From: Ancylonema sp.
Taxonomy: Eukaryota
DNA length: 64,000 bases
Direction of reading: 5' to 3'
NCBI GenBank assembly: GCA_050230475.1
Contig: JBFLGF010000004.1
Location: forward strand, 62,001-126,000
A program made the position numbers and the translations under genes. A model generated the notes under the pieces. That model saw only the letters and a program-made list of their open reading frames with translations, was not told the origin of the DNA and did no database searches. Below are positions 30,745-46,761 of the stretch, piece by piece. Within the stretch, counting starts at the first letter, position 1. Every line of letters begins with the position of its first letter.

Positions 30745-31752
30745 CTATGGGTTGTAGGTTGCCATAATGATGGATGCCAGCCAGTGGGTGACGTGGCGAT
30801 CGAGGGACAAACCAAGGGTGTTGCAACGCTGAGCAGCGGTACGGATCATTCCCACTAGTCCTGCGGTGGCTCCCGGGGTGAAGCCCATGGCGCGTTCCAG
30901 ATCATAGGGTGAGGGTGTAATGTAGGTGCCAGATTGTTGTTCATACATCATGCCCTCGTCCGGGTGACTGGTGGCCGGATCAATGGTGAAGTCAAAATTG
31001 TCGGGGTATGGGGTGATAGGTGGGAATGCACGTCAGGGTTGCCCCGCAATGTTCACAATCGGGGGTTGCACATCACTGGAAAACACTGGTGTCGGGAAAT
31101 GTCCTGGTTCTAAAATGTATGCAAGTTGACATCCAATGGTTTCACCAGGTAAGCATGCTTCGAAAAGGCGGGCTGGCATGTGGTTCTGCCACACAAAGGT
31201 TGAACGGCGGTTGTTGGAGTTGACCGCGGTTGCCTCGATGACGGCTGGGTGTCCAAGGACAGTGGTAACCAAAGGGTACATCTTTGCTACCCAGGGTGGT
31301 GAATCCAAAAACCTGTGGGTGAATAGAATGTAACGAGGAGGGTGATCCTGGATGTTAGAGAGGTTTTGCAAAACCTTGATCAGTGCCAGGAAAGGGTATA
31401 CACGGTGATTGAAGCCCCCCCTAAGTGGACTAAAGGTGACCTCCGTTTCCTTGTTCCAATTCCCCCCCACAATGTCGATTTGGCCACGCTCGTTGATGAG
31501 GCGCCGGAAGGCAGGTACTGCCGTTTCTTCAATGATGTTGCTCCCCAAACGGCTGCAACAGCCTACGATCGCGCTGTCGGGGAGTTATCCGGGGAATTGT
31601 CGTTGAGCTTTTTGCAGGGCGAAGTACACGGCCTGTTCGTCCGCCTTGCTCTCCACCTGCGTCGTATAAGTCCCCACAAAGTCGCCGCATTCCAAGTGGA
31701 GGTAGAGGATGCTGATGTCGGATCCCCCAAATGGTTCGTAGATGTGCACGCC
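30745..31752 (-). pseudogene. Retroelement-encoded DNMT3/DRM-like C5 cytosine methyltransferase domain with degenerate catalytic motifs
   Basis: One frame with two stops (31587-31585, 31035-31033): GVHIYEPFGG (motif I), GQIDIVGGNWNK (IV), PPRYILFTH (VI), LGHPAVIEATAVNSNNRRSTFVWQN (VIII), DLERAMGFTPGAT (IX), QRCNTLGLSLDRHVTHWL (X). Confidence 0.8.
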
Positions 31753-34700
31753 TTGCTAAGGATGGGTGGGTGAAGGGGTGCGATGCCAGCTGGCATAGGT
31801 TTCGCTCCCTCAAACTTGCGTCCGTTCCAATGAAGCCTGGGTAGGGAAAGGGTGAAAACCTGCATGATTTTGTGGTTTCCCAAACGCAGCAATCGTTGAC
31901 CCATGGTGAGTTGCTCCTCGCGGATGGTGGCGACAACATTCACGCTACGGGGTGTTGTGTAGATCCTCCGAGTTTCCTCGGCTAACTACTGTGGTGAAAA
32001 TGTTGCAGGCAATACTCGTTGGGTGATGAGATAAGGATAGCCAGGAGTGGTGAGATGCTGATTTCGGGGGTTCCAAAACTGGAACTTCTGACGGTAGCGA
32101 GCCCGATGCCTGGCGAGGTCGTCACCATCCCGAGGGTCACGCAAGTTGTCGTAGTCACGGAGTGCCAAATGGCGTTGTGCATCCGTCGCCATAGCGTTGA
32201 CTGCTGCCTGGTCTTGGGCAAACTGGGTTGCATTGTGCTGTGGGGAAAGGATGGGGAGTAGAGGGGGCACTGAAAGTTGGGCCTTGGGGAGTGTCGATGG
32301 TGGGGGACGTCGAGGGACGGTCTGGTACACCGGAATGGGCTGAGGCGTCGGTGGGGTTTGGGCTAGGGGAGTGGTCCTCTGTCGATGTATAGGACGCTGC
32401 AACTCCGCGCGTGGACTCCGGACTGGTTTGCGCTCTCCGATGGTGACCGTGGTTCGATACTTGTATCCCGCAGGTGGAACAACATTCTTCATGTTGTCGT
32501 CGGAGTCAGACTCCGAAAGTTCCACTTTCACGACAGGGTCCGCTTTTTCCTTGCCCTTCTTCTTCTCTGCCTGGTAGACTGTGATGGTGTCCTCCTTCGC
32601 CCGCAATGTTGCGGCTTGGTTGAAGATGACATGGTTGGCTTGTTGCAGATCATCAGCTAGGTTGTCGATTTCTCGTTGACGTCCCGCTAGCAACTCTGCG
32701 TCCACGTTATCGACTGTTGTCCACTGCCGTCGTGTCTTCGGCACCTTTAATGGGATGCGATCGGCTTCTCGTTCTGCGTCCCACTCGTGCCGAAGTAGAA
32801 CTCGGAGCTGAGCGGTAAGTTTCTCTTTGTCCGCTTTCTCCCTCTTCACTCGATCAGAAATAGCCTGAGTCCGAATGGCTTCGATCGATGGCAGGGTCAT
32901 GTGGTGAGGTTCATGAAATGGACTGGTGAGGATTATGTAGAGTTGCTCAATCGGGGTGAGCGGAGTGTCTGGGTTGAACCATTGTAGCATGTTGTCGACG
33001 TATCGATCGATGTGGAGGTGGTCAGCTAATGTCATGAGGTTAAGAAGATCAAGTTGAAGCTGCTCTTGTCGATGGTTTGCCTGCCGTCCTTTGCCAAAGT
33101 TCTGAGATGACAAGGGTGCTTGTAATGGTCCCTCCTCAGATTTCGATCGCACCGTGTCACGAGGTACCGAATTTGCATCAACATTAGCAGATAAGTACAT
33201 GTACATTGGTGCTGGCCTTGGTTGCGATGCATCGACGGGTGGTAAATGTGTACTTCCGACTGTCGATGGTGTGGTAGTAACGGGTGGGGAAGGTGGTTGC
33301 ATCGATGCAATGGGAGGTGCAGCAAGTTCTGCAAATGGTTCCACTATTGGGTCATCGATGGTTTGGAAATGCGTTTGGGTGATAACTTACCCTTTGGTGT
33401 TGAGGGTGTTATCGCCGCATGCACTGGTGATGTCGGGAACACGGGTGAGCGCAGAGAACGACCTGCACTCAAATTCCGTGGTGAATAACCGTGTTTCACT
33501 GAGGTGGTACAATTTGCCGTGCAATGTGTACCAGTCGATGAACGTGGTTTCTGAGGAGTGTCTCGAAAATATGAAGCGAACTCTCGACTAAGGGTAGAGC
33601 GAGGTGGTCCATTGTACTCCGAGATTGGTGAAGTCATCGGTGAGAAACGAGGTGCTGGAGATGACACAAGGGTAATGAAGTTGGGTCCTTCACCAGGAGG
33701 TGGTGACAGGGGTGGAGAGATGGTGGTGACCAAGGGTGCTAGAATGGTCAACTCCGTGTGATCAGGTGTTGGCTGATCCATCGGAGGAAGTGGTGTAGGA
33801 TCGTTGGTGGGAACCACCGTGACGTCGTCGTCGTCGAAAACGCACTCGTCCTCTGCTTCTGTCGGTGTAGTATGCTGACTCAGAAGTCCTTGACGGTTGG
33901 AGCCAGGAGGATGTGCAAACTGCTTTTTGCGCGCCATGTAGATCTCCGGAGTGTCGTGAGTCTCATGTATGGCAATAGGGACGCCTGCCAAACAATGTCC
34001 TCCCGTCCGGAAATCTGGTCGATACATGTATATCTCGGTCCACGAATCAGGGTATCCTCATTGCCAAGGATGATGTCGAACTCCGTCGATGGTGACAGAT
34101 GAAGGTGAAGATGCACAGTGCAAGGGTGAGCAATGCCTTCCCCAATGGTTGGTGATGGGAATCTTCTCCTTGGTACTGCCCAAACTCAACTCTATCTTTC
34201 CTGACGCCGTGATGTATGGTGCTCCGGGGTGCAGGTCAGCGGGTGAGAGTTGGAGGAGTTTGGTGAGGTTGGCGGCAATCATGGTTTCTTTGGCACCAGT
34301 GTCTAGTACATTCTCCACAGGTTTCTCATCGCCTACGAGGATCACACCTCGTCGGTTAGGCAACATGGTGATGCCGTATTGCTTCGCCAGCCGGTTGTGG
34401 TGAGCACGTAGACGGGCTGAGTCTTTGAGGAAGACGGGGTTGGTGGTACGGGCGTTTGCAGGGTCTTGCATGAAGTTTACTAGATCGGCTGCCTCTTGGA
34501 GTGCTGACTCCGTTCCTTGAACCATGGCTCGTTGCTGCATCAAAATTTCATGAAGACGATCATGGTGAATCTGAGCTTCAGCCAAGGGTAAGGGTGGTGG
34601 CACATCTGAATCATTCATGTGTTGCAGACTGGTAGTACCGGGTTCCAATTGCAACGGAAAATGTGGTACGAAAGAATCAAGGCATTTTGTTGTATCCCTG

Positions 34701-35157
34701 TCGTCGACCATAATCTTCTCCTTCTCTAGCAACGGTTTCCAACAATGTTTCAGGATGAGGAGTGGGGTACTCCCTTGGTTTTGACTGAGCATCTTGGTAA
34801 ATTGGAGTGTCTGGATCTCTAGTAGGTGAAGGAGACCGTTCCTTGGTCTGCTGTTCTTCACCGTTACTAGGTGAGCCCTGATTTGCCGAATGCATAGGTG
34901 TACTCACATCGACAACGACTCTAGCACTCTTTTTCCTTCGTAACTTCGCAAATATTTCGCACGGTGCTGATCCATCTATGCCTAAAAGTAGAAAAAAACC
35001 CTTCGGAGTTTTTACGGGGGATTTGCCACGGTAGTTTATGATTTGGTTACTTCATAATTTCGGGCGTATACACAATCAATATACGTTCCGGGTACGCACT
35101 AGTCAGTCCGAAACCTATCGACAATTTCGGAAAGTGGCATCGTTAACCCGTGTCCGG

Positions 35158-36284
35158 CATAGTTGCACGGACCGGCGGACCGGGGTCCCGAGGTCCCGAC
35201 TCCGGACCGAGGTCCGTCCTTTCCGGTCAAAAATCCGGACCGGTTGTTTAGGGTAATATCGATTTTTTGGGGTTTTAAGGTGTATTCCGTGAAGAAAAAA
35301 CGACGGAGATTTTTTTTTTCGCGAATACATTCTATTTTACATCTTATAAAAATGTCAAAAAAATGTTAGACCTATCAACTAAGTAATTAAAACCTGCAAT
35401 GCATCATTGTAGACAGCGTCTTTCACCACTTTCGAGAGATATCACTTGGGAAAATGATCTATGTCATTTGGAATGGTTATAAGTACTCCATTTTTTTTTC
35501 TTGTTCCATAGGTTACAATGTAATTCTGAAATGATGCTCATTTGAGGCTCAAAAAAATGTGATGAAGGGTCACCGTATCATGGAATTAAATAAAATTAGA
35601 AACACATACATCAAACATCAACTTGAATATATTTTCCACGCTCACAACCTTGTATTCAAACTTCTCTCCACTCTTACAAATAAGTTCCTCACTTCTCACT
35701 TTCCTATTCTACATAAATAAATGGGTAACGTCCCTATCTAAAATCTATCCTTGCCTACAACTCCATACTTATATAAAACGGAAAGAAAAACATTACGACT
35801 TCTATACCCACAATTTTTGTTCTATTTTTACACCCATAACACTCTTCACTGTCTACACCACCTTAATTAACCCCCCTCTCCCCACTTCCCACTCCTCACT
35901 TTTCACTCCCCAAAAACCTTTCCCCACTCCGAATAACACCCTTCCAAGTACCAACTGACACCAAAATTTCAGCCATTTGTCCCAAAAAAAAAAAAAAAAA
36001 AAAAAAAAAAAACACCATCTCAATCAATGAACGATTGGATATGAACATGCTACTTTGTTTAGTTTTTTTTTTTAATTTTGCTACAACTTCGCAAGCCACA
36101 AATGACACATGTACATCACACGTGTGAGGTACACAAAAAAAAATGAAGCCCCACGTCCATTTACCCCGCGGAAAATTTGCCTAGCAAAAAAACCATAAAA
36201 GTTCCCCGGTCGGGCCGGGTCTCGACTCCGGACCCGGTCCAACCGCAGTCCGAAAGTCCAATGTTGCCGGTCCCTGCGAGTATG
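35158..36284. mobile_element. ~1.1-kb non-autonomous TIR DNA transposon (hAT-like ends)
   Basis: Imperfect TIR catagttgcacggaccggc / gccggtccctgcgagtatg, subterminal ggaccg repeats, and a second copy at 1-682. No TSD recognised. Confidence 0.7.
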
Positions 36285-37276
36285 GAGGGGTCCAATCATA
36301 GTTGAGGGCACACATGTGCGCGGGTTTGGCGTACATGTTCGGAACATCTGCGCGATTTTAGTTGTGCGCGCCCAACTATGGGTCTAATGAATTATGATTC
36401 GAAAAGGAATTTGAGAGTTTCACGGTTTTTCCGGTTCCTCCATGCAACAATGTATCATTATATCCGACAACGGAGCAACGGATCTGAGCAACGGATCTGC
36501 CTAGTTTTCTTATATTATTAATTTATCTTCTATGCATTTTGGTTGCTTGTGCTTTCATGTTGACAATTATTTTTAATCGCACATAATGCTTATGGGTGAT
36601 ATTTAGAGGTTTGCGACTTGATCAATCAGCGCCCTACAGGAAAGGAGGTTACCTCAACCATTTATGATAAGCAAGTTGTCACAATGGTGGAGGGACATTA
36701 ATTGCTCCATGGAGTCAGCATGTGGCAGGAAAGCAATTGCACTGCTGCATGCACATGCTATGTGCAAACTAGTTGCAAGCAACATTTTATGAACATTTTT
36801 TTGCACGATTGTTCAAGTGCGAATCAACATTATTGAGCATCATTTCGCTTTCATCCATACTTCTGAATCCTTTTCGCAATTTAATCAGACCGCCACCCAA
36901 CTCAAACCTGAAACCAAAGAAATCTCTACCTCCGTGGAATTGATATTGATATCCTATGGAGGCGTGTCACCATACTTGAGGGACAACTATTCAATTTCCA
37001 CCATCTTATGCCCAATTGCTAATTGCAACTACAAAGATTCACAAACTAACCAACTATGAAACAGTGCCCCTTCACAACCTTATTTTTTTCACTACTTCCG
37101 AACAAGAGTCCATCCCAACCAAAGCGCAAGTTTAAAAGTCGATGACATTGAATCCGGCCGCACAGTGATTGTGCAACCTAGTCCCGTTAAGGAGGGTGGT
37201 ACAACATGGATTTGCAGCCAAAAGCCATTTCCGTGACCACGCTTGATGCTCTTGTTGCTGCTTCGCACATATGGTG

Positions 37277-40565
<3,289 letters not shown>

Positions 40566-43500
40566 CGAGATCCTTTGCCTTGTAAAGTATTGTTGTCGCT
40601 GTACTCAAGCAAATCAAGTCACGCCTGGCATTGCCTTAAAGGCAAAACAACATTGGCACACAGAGTGGTGTTGACCGCCATGGAAATGCCCTTGGGACAT
40701 TGAAGTTCATGGCAGATGTGGCCGAGTTGGTGTCTACAAGTACCAGTTCTTCCTCACGGCCCATATTTTCTATTTTGGTGGGGATAAAACGTGGCAAACA
40801 TCGGCGAGCCCGTCTTCACGACCGCGGGGCTCGAGTTCCAGGATCGTATCCCATGGTAACAAGCGCGTTGCTGGGTCGCAAGCCCGACGCGCTACCAAAT
40901 AAAGAAAGCTGAATGGCCCAGGAATGGCCGCGCTTTTACGGACTCCGGGGTCATGACGGCCTCACGGGCTCGACGAGCTGGGATCACCTTGACATGTTGA
41001 CAAATTATCAATGACATTTAACATGTTGTTAATTTCTCTACTTACTTGACGTATCAATATGAATCGTGGCAAAATCTAAAAAAACATGCCAGTATTGATG
41101 TACTTCTTGTGATACAAAACGAAGCAAAAATACTAACAAGTAAAATGTCCCAACACTTCATCAAATCCCATATTACATCACTACCCATCCTGAATGTCAC
41201 ACTCCATTCACAACCTGCACCAAATTGCTTTGATTACTATCGAAAGCAAGGGTTGCTCTGGATGCCGAAGTGCGAGGCAAAACAAGGCAACTTATGGTAC
41301 TTGAAACCCCAAAATCGAAAATCTTGAATCATTTTCGTTACCCCACCCTTGCACCCATATACGTAATATATGGGTGTGTCCGTAATTAGTTTGGGTACTG
41401 GGAACTACATTCATCCGTATGTCGATTTTGAGTGGTGTCGGTTTAACGAAGTGGTTCATCGATATGTTTTGGTATTTTGGCCAGCGTCGTTTAATATTGT
41501 CGAATTGGTATTTCTGGTTAGATTCGACATATTTTCTTCTCAACACTTTTAGACACGTTTCGACGGATGTCGACAAAATGCCGATCAGTTTGAGGTTTAG
41601 TGTTATCGACCTCTTTCGGCGCCGACTGTATTTGTATTGTATGGCTTGAAGAGCATGGATTGCACTGAGAAAATTTCATCAAAGTTTTTCTATCTCAAGT
41701 GCTTCTTTTATTGAAGTGATCTTGTACAGTCGTGAGATACTTAAATGATTAGTGATTGAGTATTACAAAGTTCTTGCATAGATGGCACGATCAAGTAGTA
41801 ACAGTACGAATGTGCATCTCGATAATGTTTGGTATATGGCATGGCATATTGCCTAGCTTTGGGTCCATTTGTTTCGTGCAACTCTTTCAACACGAAGTGT
41901 TTGGTAGGTGGTCATGAATTTTCTCCAAGGATATCGGCCTAAGTAGATAGTAGGGAAGTAAAGCTAGGTTATGGCTAAGCTAATGTAAAACAAGGACAAA
42001 TATTGCACGGAAGTGGCATGGAATAAAATTAGGTGCTTGTTAGGAAGTCACGTTGCCATTCGACTTGTTGTACGTCAGGTGGAAATAAATCAAAACGAGT
42101 TTCTATATATTCGTGGAATCTACATTGTAGTATCCCTTCCCATCTCGATATCCAATCCCCGATCAATCTTCAGATTTGGATCGGAAATAATGTGATTGGA
42201 TCGGGGCCAACTAGGGGGGGGGGGGGATAATACTATTCAAAAGAGGCATCCTCGGGGGTTCCACGCCACATTTAGTGCCCCCGAAATTTATTGACGATTA
42301 CAATTTTTACCTGAAAGAACGGGTTCCGATAGGTTTGGGGCCAACTACGTCCCCATTTTCTCTCCTTTTGCCTTCTCAGGACCCTTCTGCATTCCTACAA
42401 CGTTGCACCCAAACTACGACCTTGCGTACCGGTCGGTATCCACACGCCTTTTTTTGTACGGGATCTTGGAGCGATTGGGCTCGTGCTGGGTAAATCCGGG
42501 AGAAAATTAAAACGGAATTGGAAGCCCCCAATCCTAATCATGCTCCCTACTTTCTGTGGTTAACATCCTAATCACATAAGGAAAATAAGTGTAGTATGTG
42601 CTTGCACTAAATAATTTTGATTGTTATGTGAAGTCTTTGTTTTGTTGTTCAAATTACAAGGTTCGGTGTACATGCATCGCACCTCAATCGAACACCGGAC
42701 TACCCGCGACCGATGGGTATCCCCCCCCAAGCTTGGTGAGCCATTGTTGATGTTGTGTTGGTGAGTTGGACATGTTTGATCATCCAGACAACTCTTTATG
42801 TAATAGTGAAGGATGGGTTTTCAGGTTGGCATTGTTAGCATTTGCTAGGTTGCACAATACGCACACCACATTGAGGATTCATACGCTAGATACAAGATTT
42901 GTGTCTCCAACGTACTTAAACGCTACAACACGCTATTATAGCATGTTTGCACCCAAACGCGTCTGGATTTGGTAAACGCCAAACGTCCGAACGCAAATGA
43001 TACACATTTTGACTTTTGGGTTACAACACCAAACGTGCGTACAGACGCCAAACTTTTATAAGCGACCGAACGTCCGTTCAATGCACGGACGTTTGCCAAA
43101 CGACCGGATATTTGCAAAACAGCAATCAGTGGTGTTGTTTTCCGGGTCCGGATCCAGCACTTTTGAGTGGTACTAAAAATCTTTAAGTTTTGGGCGGTTG
43201 GGCGTTTGCTGGACGTCCGCGTTTGGGAAACGCCGTTTGAGGCTTTGAGCCGATTTTTTCCATTTGAGTGCAACCATATATTAAATACATTGAAGTATGG
43301 GTTCTTTTGATATGATGTCGAACGTATCAAGTACGGTGTCCTATCGAGAGACGGATGCCATGACATTCTTAGAAATAATGTGAGTCCACATTCTTTTTTC
43401 TTGATCGTTTAATTTTGCGGTCAACGTAATTTTCTTATTAGGGTCTCGGTCACCCTATTTGTACCAAAGGTTGTATTCACCTAGTAACATGGTATCTACA

Positions 43501-44584
43501 TAAACATGTCGCATTGGGATGCATGTTATGCGAATCGAGACTTGTTCGGGTTAATCTGATGCGCTTGATGGTCAACATTTGGTTTTGGTTTTGGTTTCGT
43601 TTTCATTCTTATTTCAAGTTTGTCATTAAAGAAGCGAAAGCTATCCAATTTTACCTATCCTTTAGTGTGCATGCAATGCGATTCAAAGAGGTTTGAACAC
43701 GTTCAAACGAATTGACCTACCGTTCGTGGTCTCTTTTGTGGCGCGTACGTTTGAACTAAGTATGAACAAAAACTTGCGCCATTTATTTTGCTTTCTTCGC
43801 TTCGTTGTTCGTTTCCTTTTTTTTTTTTTTTTTTTTTTTTGCAGGTCGAAATAGTTTGAAGTAGATGGCGCAACAATTGAACAACCAAGGTCGTAGTGGG
43901 GCGGCACCAACAGCGGTGGAAGACGACGACGAAGACGACGTGCGAGAGTTTGTGGGGGGCGAGCATTTTGAGACGGTCAAGTAGTGTTAGTGGCCCTATT
44001 CGGCCACGGAATTGCTTGGATAATAGTTTCTACTCCCCTTTCTCGTTGACGCTACGCCGTATTCAAAACTACCCAAAAAAAATATATGGTTCCAAACATA
44101 TGTCACTAGTTGCCTCTGAATAAAAAGCAAGAGTGGGAAGCGCTAGATGACACTAATTCCTTGCGCCCTAATACTACAAATCGGTGAATTATATTTTGTT
44201 GCATGCCTTTTGCTTGTACCTTGTAATCTTGCCACCACGTGCTTATGATACCGAGTTGATTTCGCCTACTTTTGTACCATTATGATTTTATTTTGTGAAA
44301 ACACACCTAAATGTGCTCCGTCAATATATATCGGATTCTTGGCTTGCAAGTGATGCGCAAGTAGGACGCATGGGATCGTTACGCTTTTGTTGGTTTTGAA
44401 TGAGAACATATAATGGCATAGATCACATAAGTGCCATCATAGTTGGTCCCTCTGCGGTAGTAAATCATTTGATCCGTTTGGAAATGGATTGGGGTCAGTC
44501 CGGATCCGATATATTGCAACCCTATCGCAAGAATGAAAATGAATACCCCTCCTATGTAGTGTAAAGACTCAATGAGTGCACATA

Positions 44585-44855
44585 CCGTACTAGGCACCGT
44601 AAATGATTTTTAATTGATTATTGAAAGCCGAAATCAATCATTTATATTAATACCTATGAGGTCGGAATCATTAACCAAAAATAATTGATATTAATACCAC
44701 TTTTGGATTTGTTTTGGATTTGGTATGTAGGGTTCAAGAAATCATTGCTAAAAATCATCAATAATAACTACCGGATTCCCGGAATCTTTTTTACAAATCA
44801 TTAACAAATTAAATCATTTTGAAAAAACAGAATTCATTTACGGTGCCCAATACCG
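44585..44855. mobile_element. MITE, shorter copy of the 6886-7498 family
   Basis: TA|ccgtactaggcaccgtaaatga ... tcatttacggtgcccaataccg|TA. Confidence 0.8.
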
Positions 44856-44932
44856 TATACACACACATACAACGTGTAACGTAATATTACCCACTTGTCC
44901 GTTGCGGTCCAACAAAACTTTCGGATATGGTC

Positions 44933-45232
44933 TGTTAGTTTTTAGGGGCTGTGAACTTTTTTCGTTATATCGATTTTAGCAATACCGGGAATTAAGCTTT
45001 AGTTTTGTCGTTATTCAGCAAATGCAGGCTGCAGGCAGGCTGCACGCCGGCAGCAGGCCGATGTCCTTGTTTCAATGATTACTTGGCCATCTGGCACAAG
45101 TGTCGATAAGAACTAGTTGATGTGGCAGAATGCTTAGATATGATTGGCAGTTGACGAAATACTTTCGATACCAGTAGATTCTTTGATCAGGCAACAATCG
45201 ACTGTACTAGGTCTGAACTTGTATGCAAGTTA
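44933..45232 (+). mobile_element. Partial solo LTR of the copia family at 27520-27981
   Basis: tgttagttttt.ggggctgtgaacttt...tactaggtctg matches the reverse complement of 27981-27710 over about 300 bp. Confidence 0.85.
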
Positions 45233-46447
45233 TCTCCACTTCCTTTCAATTGAAAAGAATCCTTTGTTGCCAATGAGGCTACACAATTTCTTATCCTCCA
45301 TATTTCTAACCTCAAATCTTTTACTAGTTTGTGATAGGATAAACAATTGACTTGTACTACTTATATACGACATCATCTCCCTTTGTACTATTCATCACCA
45401 TATCATAGATACAACAAGAATCAGTTTCTTTCCTAGAAAGCTTGCAAAGTGTACAGGATCTTTGTCCCGGGCTTATCCCAAGATTGTCCCGGACACCACT
45501 CGTTCCTGACACGTCTTGAGAAGTCACTGAACAATCGGGAGAGTCAGGGGGTCAATCAGTTCCTCGTTTGCAAACAATGATACAGACCGCAAGCAACACA
45601 TTGGTCTGAAACTTGTCCTAGAAAGCTAGAAACAGAATGTGTACTCAGAGCATTTCAGTTTTCAGACACATTCTGTGTTTCAAAGCACTTTATAAGAACG
45701 AGGCGAGATGGGAGCAAAGCATAAACACATTGATTGGCCCACATGAGAAAACAACAACATGATGTGAGAAGCCACGGATCTCTTGTACGATAACATCAAC
45801 CAATTTCAAAATGCTCTGTATTTCAAAGTTGTCACGACCACATTGGCAACAAGATGCCATTCACAATTTAACAAATTTGGCATATATAACAATATTATCA
45901 AAAAATATATACAAAAGAGTTTACAATGGACTAACCTTCTATTCTTTGAATGCCCGCTACTTCTGAAGTGACAACTATAGCCAGTTGTATGAACATTATA
46001 TACACAATACTTTACCAAGCAATGAGCAAATGTACGGTACCTCCACCGCCCGAAACTTATCGAAAATACAACTACTTCCAAAAATGATTCAGCTGATTCC
46101 AAAAATTGCTTACACCTGCATAACCAGCCAAGACAAAAATTTGAAGTGTATATTTACTATCGTTCTCAATTCTTTCACCTCAGGCGCAAATAACGAAACT
46201 TTGTGACCACATAAGACATATCTCTGGATTAATCCAGCACATATATATTTTGTGTTCCAATTTTACCAGTACATCGCAAAACTCGCAAACTCGCAAACTC
46301 ACAATGTTGTATCAAAGCATACAGAACTTGGCCTCAGTCCGTCCTAGAAGTATGTCGGCACAGTGACGAAGCCACTAAGCTATATGCTTGTCAGATTCTA
46401 TTAGTCATCATTGGCCAAAATTCCGCGTGTGATCTGTGTGTGATTAC

Positions 46448-46761
46448 GTGACCAGGACCAATCTGTATCTGCACCATAAAAGCAGATACAGAACAGTGAC
46501 AGCACAAAACACCGTCACTTGCATTGCATTGAAGTCACCAAAGCATGATAGTTAAGTCTTAGAAAGGAGGCAGATCACGCCGTAAAAATCCTCGCATTGA
46601 CCGCGGCCACTACTGTTGTGACAGCTGCGTTTGCTTGAAAATATTTTTGCGGCGCGATCTGACCTCCTTCTGAGACTTCATTCACTATCATGCTTTTGTT
46701 TACTTCGCTATTCAAGAGCGGTGTTTCGTTCAGCCGCTACAAAAGTAGCGGCTGTGGTCAC
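46448..46761 (+). ncRNA. Candidate structured RNA / pre-miRNA-like foldback
   Basis: Long imperfect stem 46507-46589 pairing with 46643-46726, two perfect flanking hairpins and a closing helix. No expression evidence. Confidence 0.45.

Larger units (their letters stand above)
28331..34910 (-). mobile_element. 5'-truncated Ty3-like LTR retroelement carrying a retropepsin and a DNMT3-like domain; no intact RT, RNase H or integrase
   Basis: VLDTGA...FDIILG protease (~34310-34065); C5-MTase-like motifs 31752-30745; PPT AGTTGGGGGGGGGGAG (29990-29975) abutting a TG...CA ~200-bp module. Confidence 0.8.

Noticed and set aside
28331..34910. Calling the element a DIRS/Ngaro or a virus
   Set aside because: No tyrosine recombinase or viral hallmark is visible; the PPT, TG...CA ends and retropepsin favour a Ty3-type origin.
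42945..43240. Imperfect inverted repeat rich in aaacg/cgttt
   Set aside because: Probably an old MITE; ends and TSD could not be defined.
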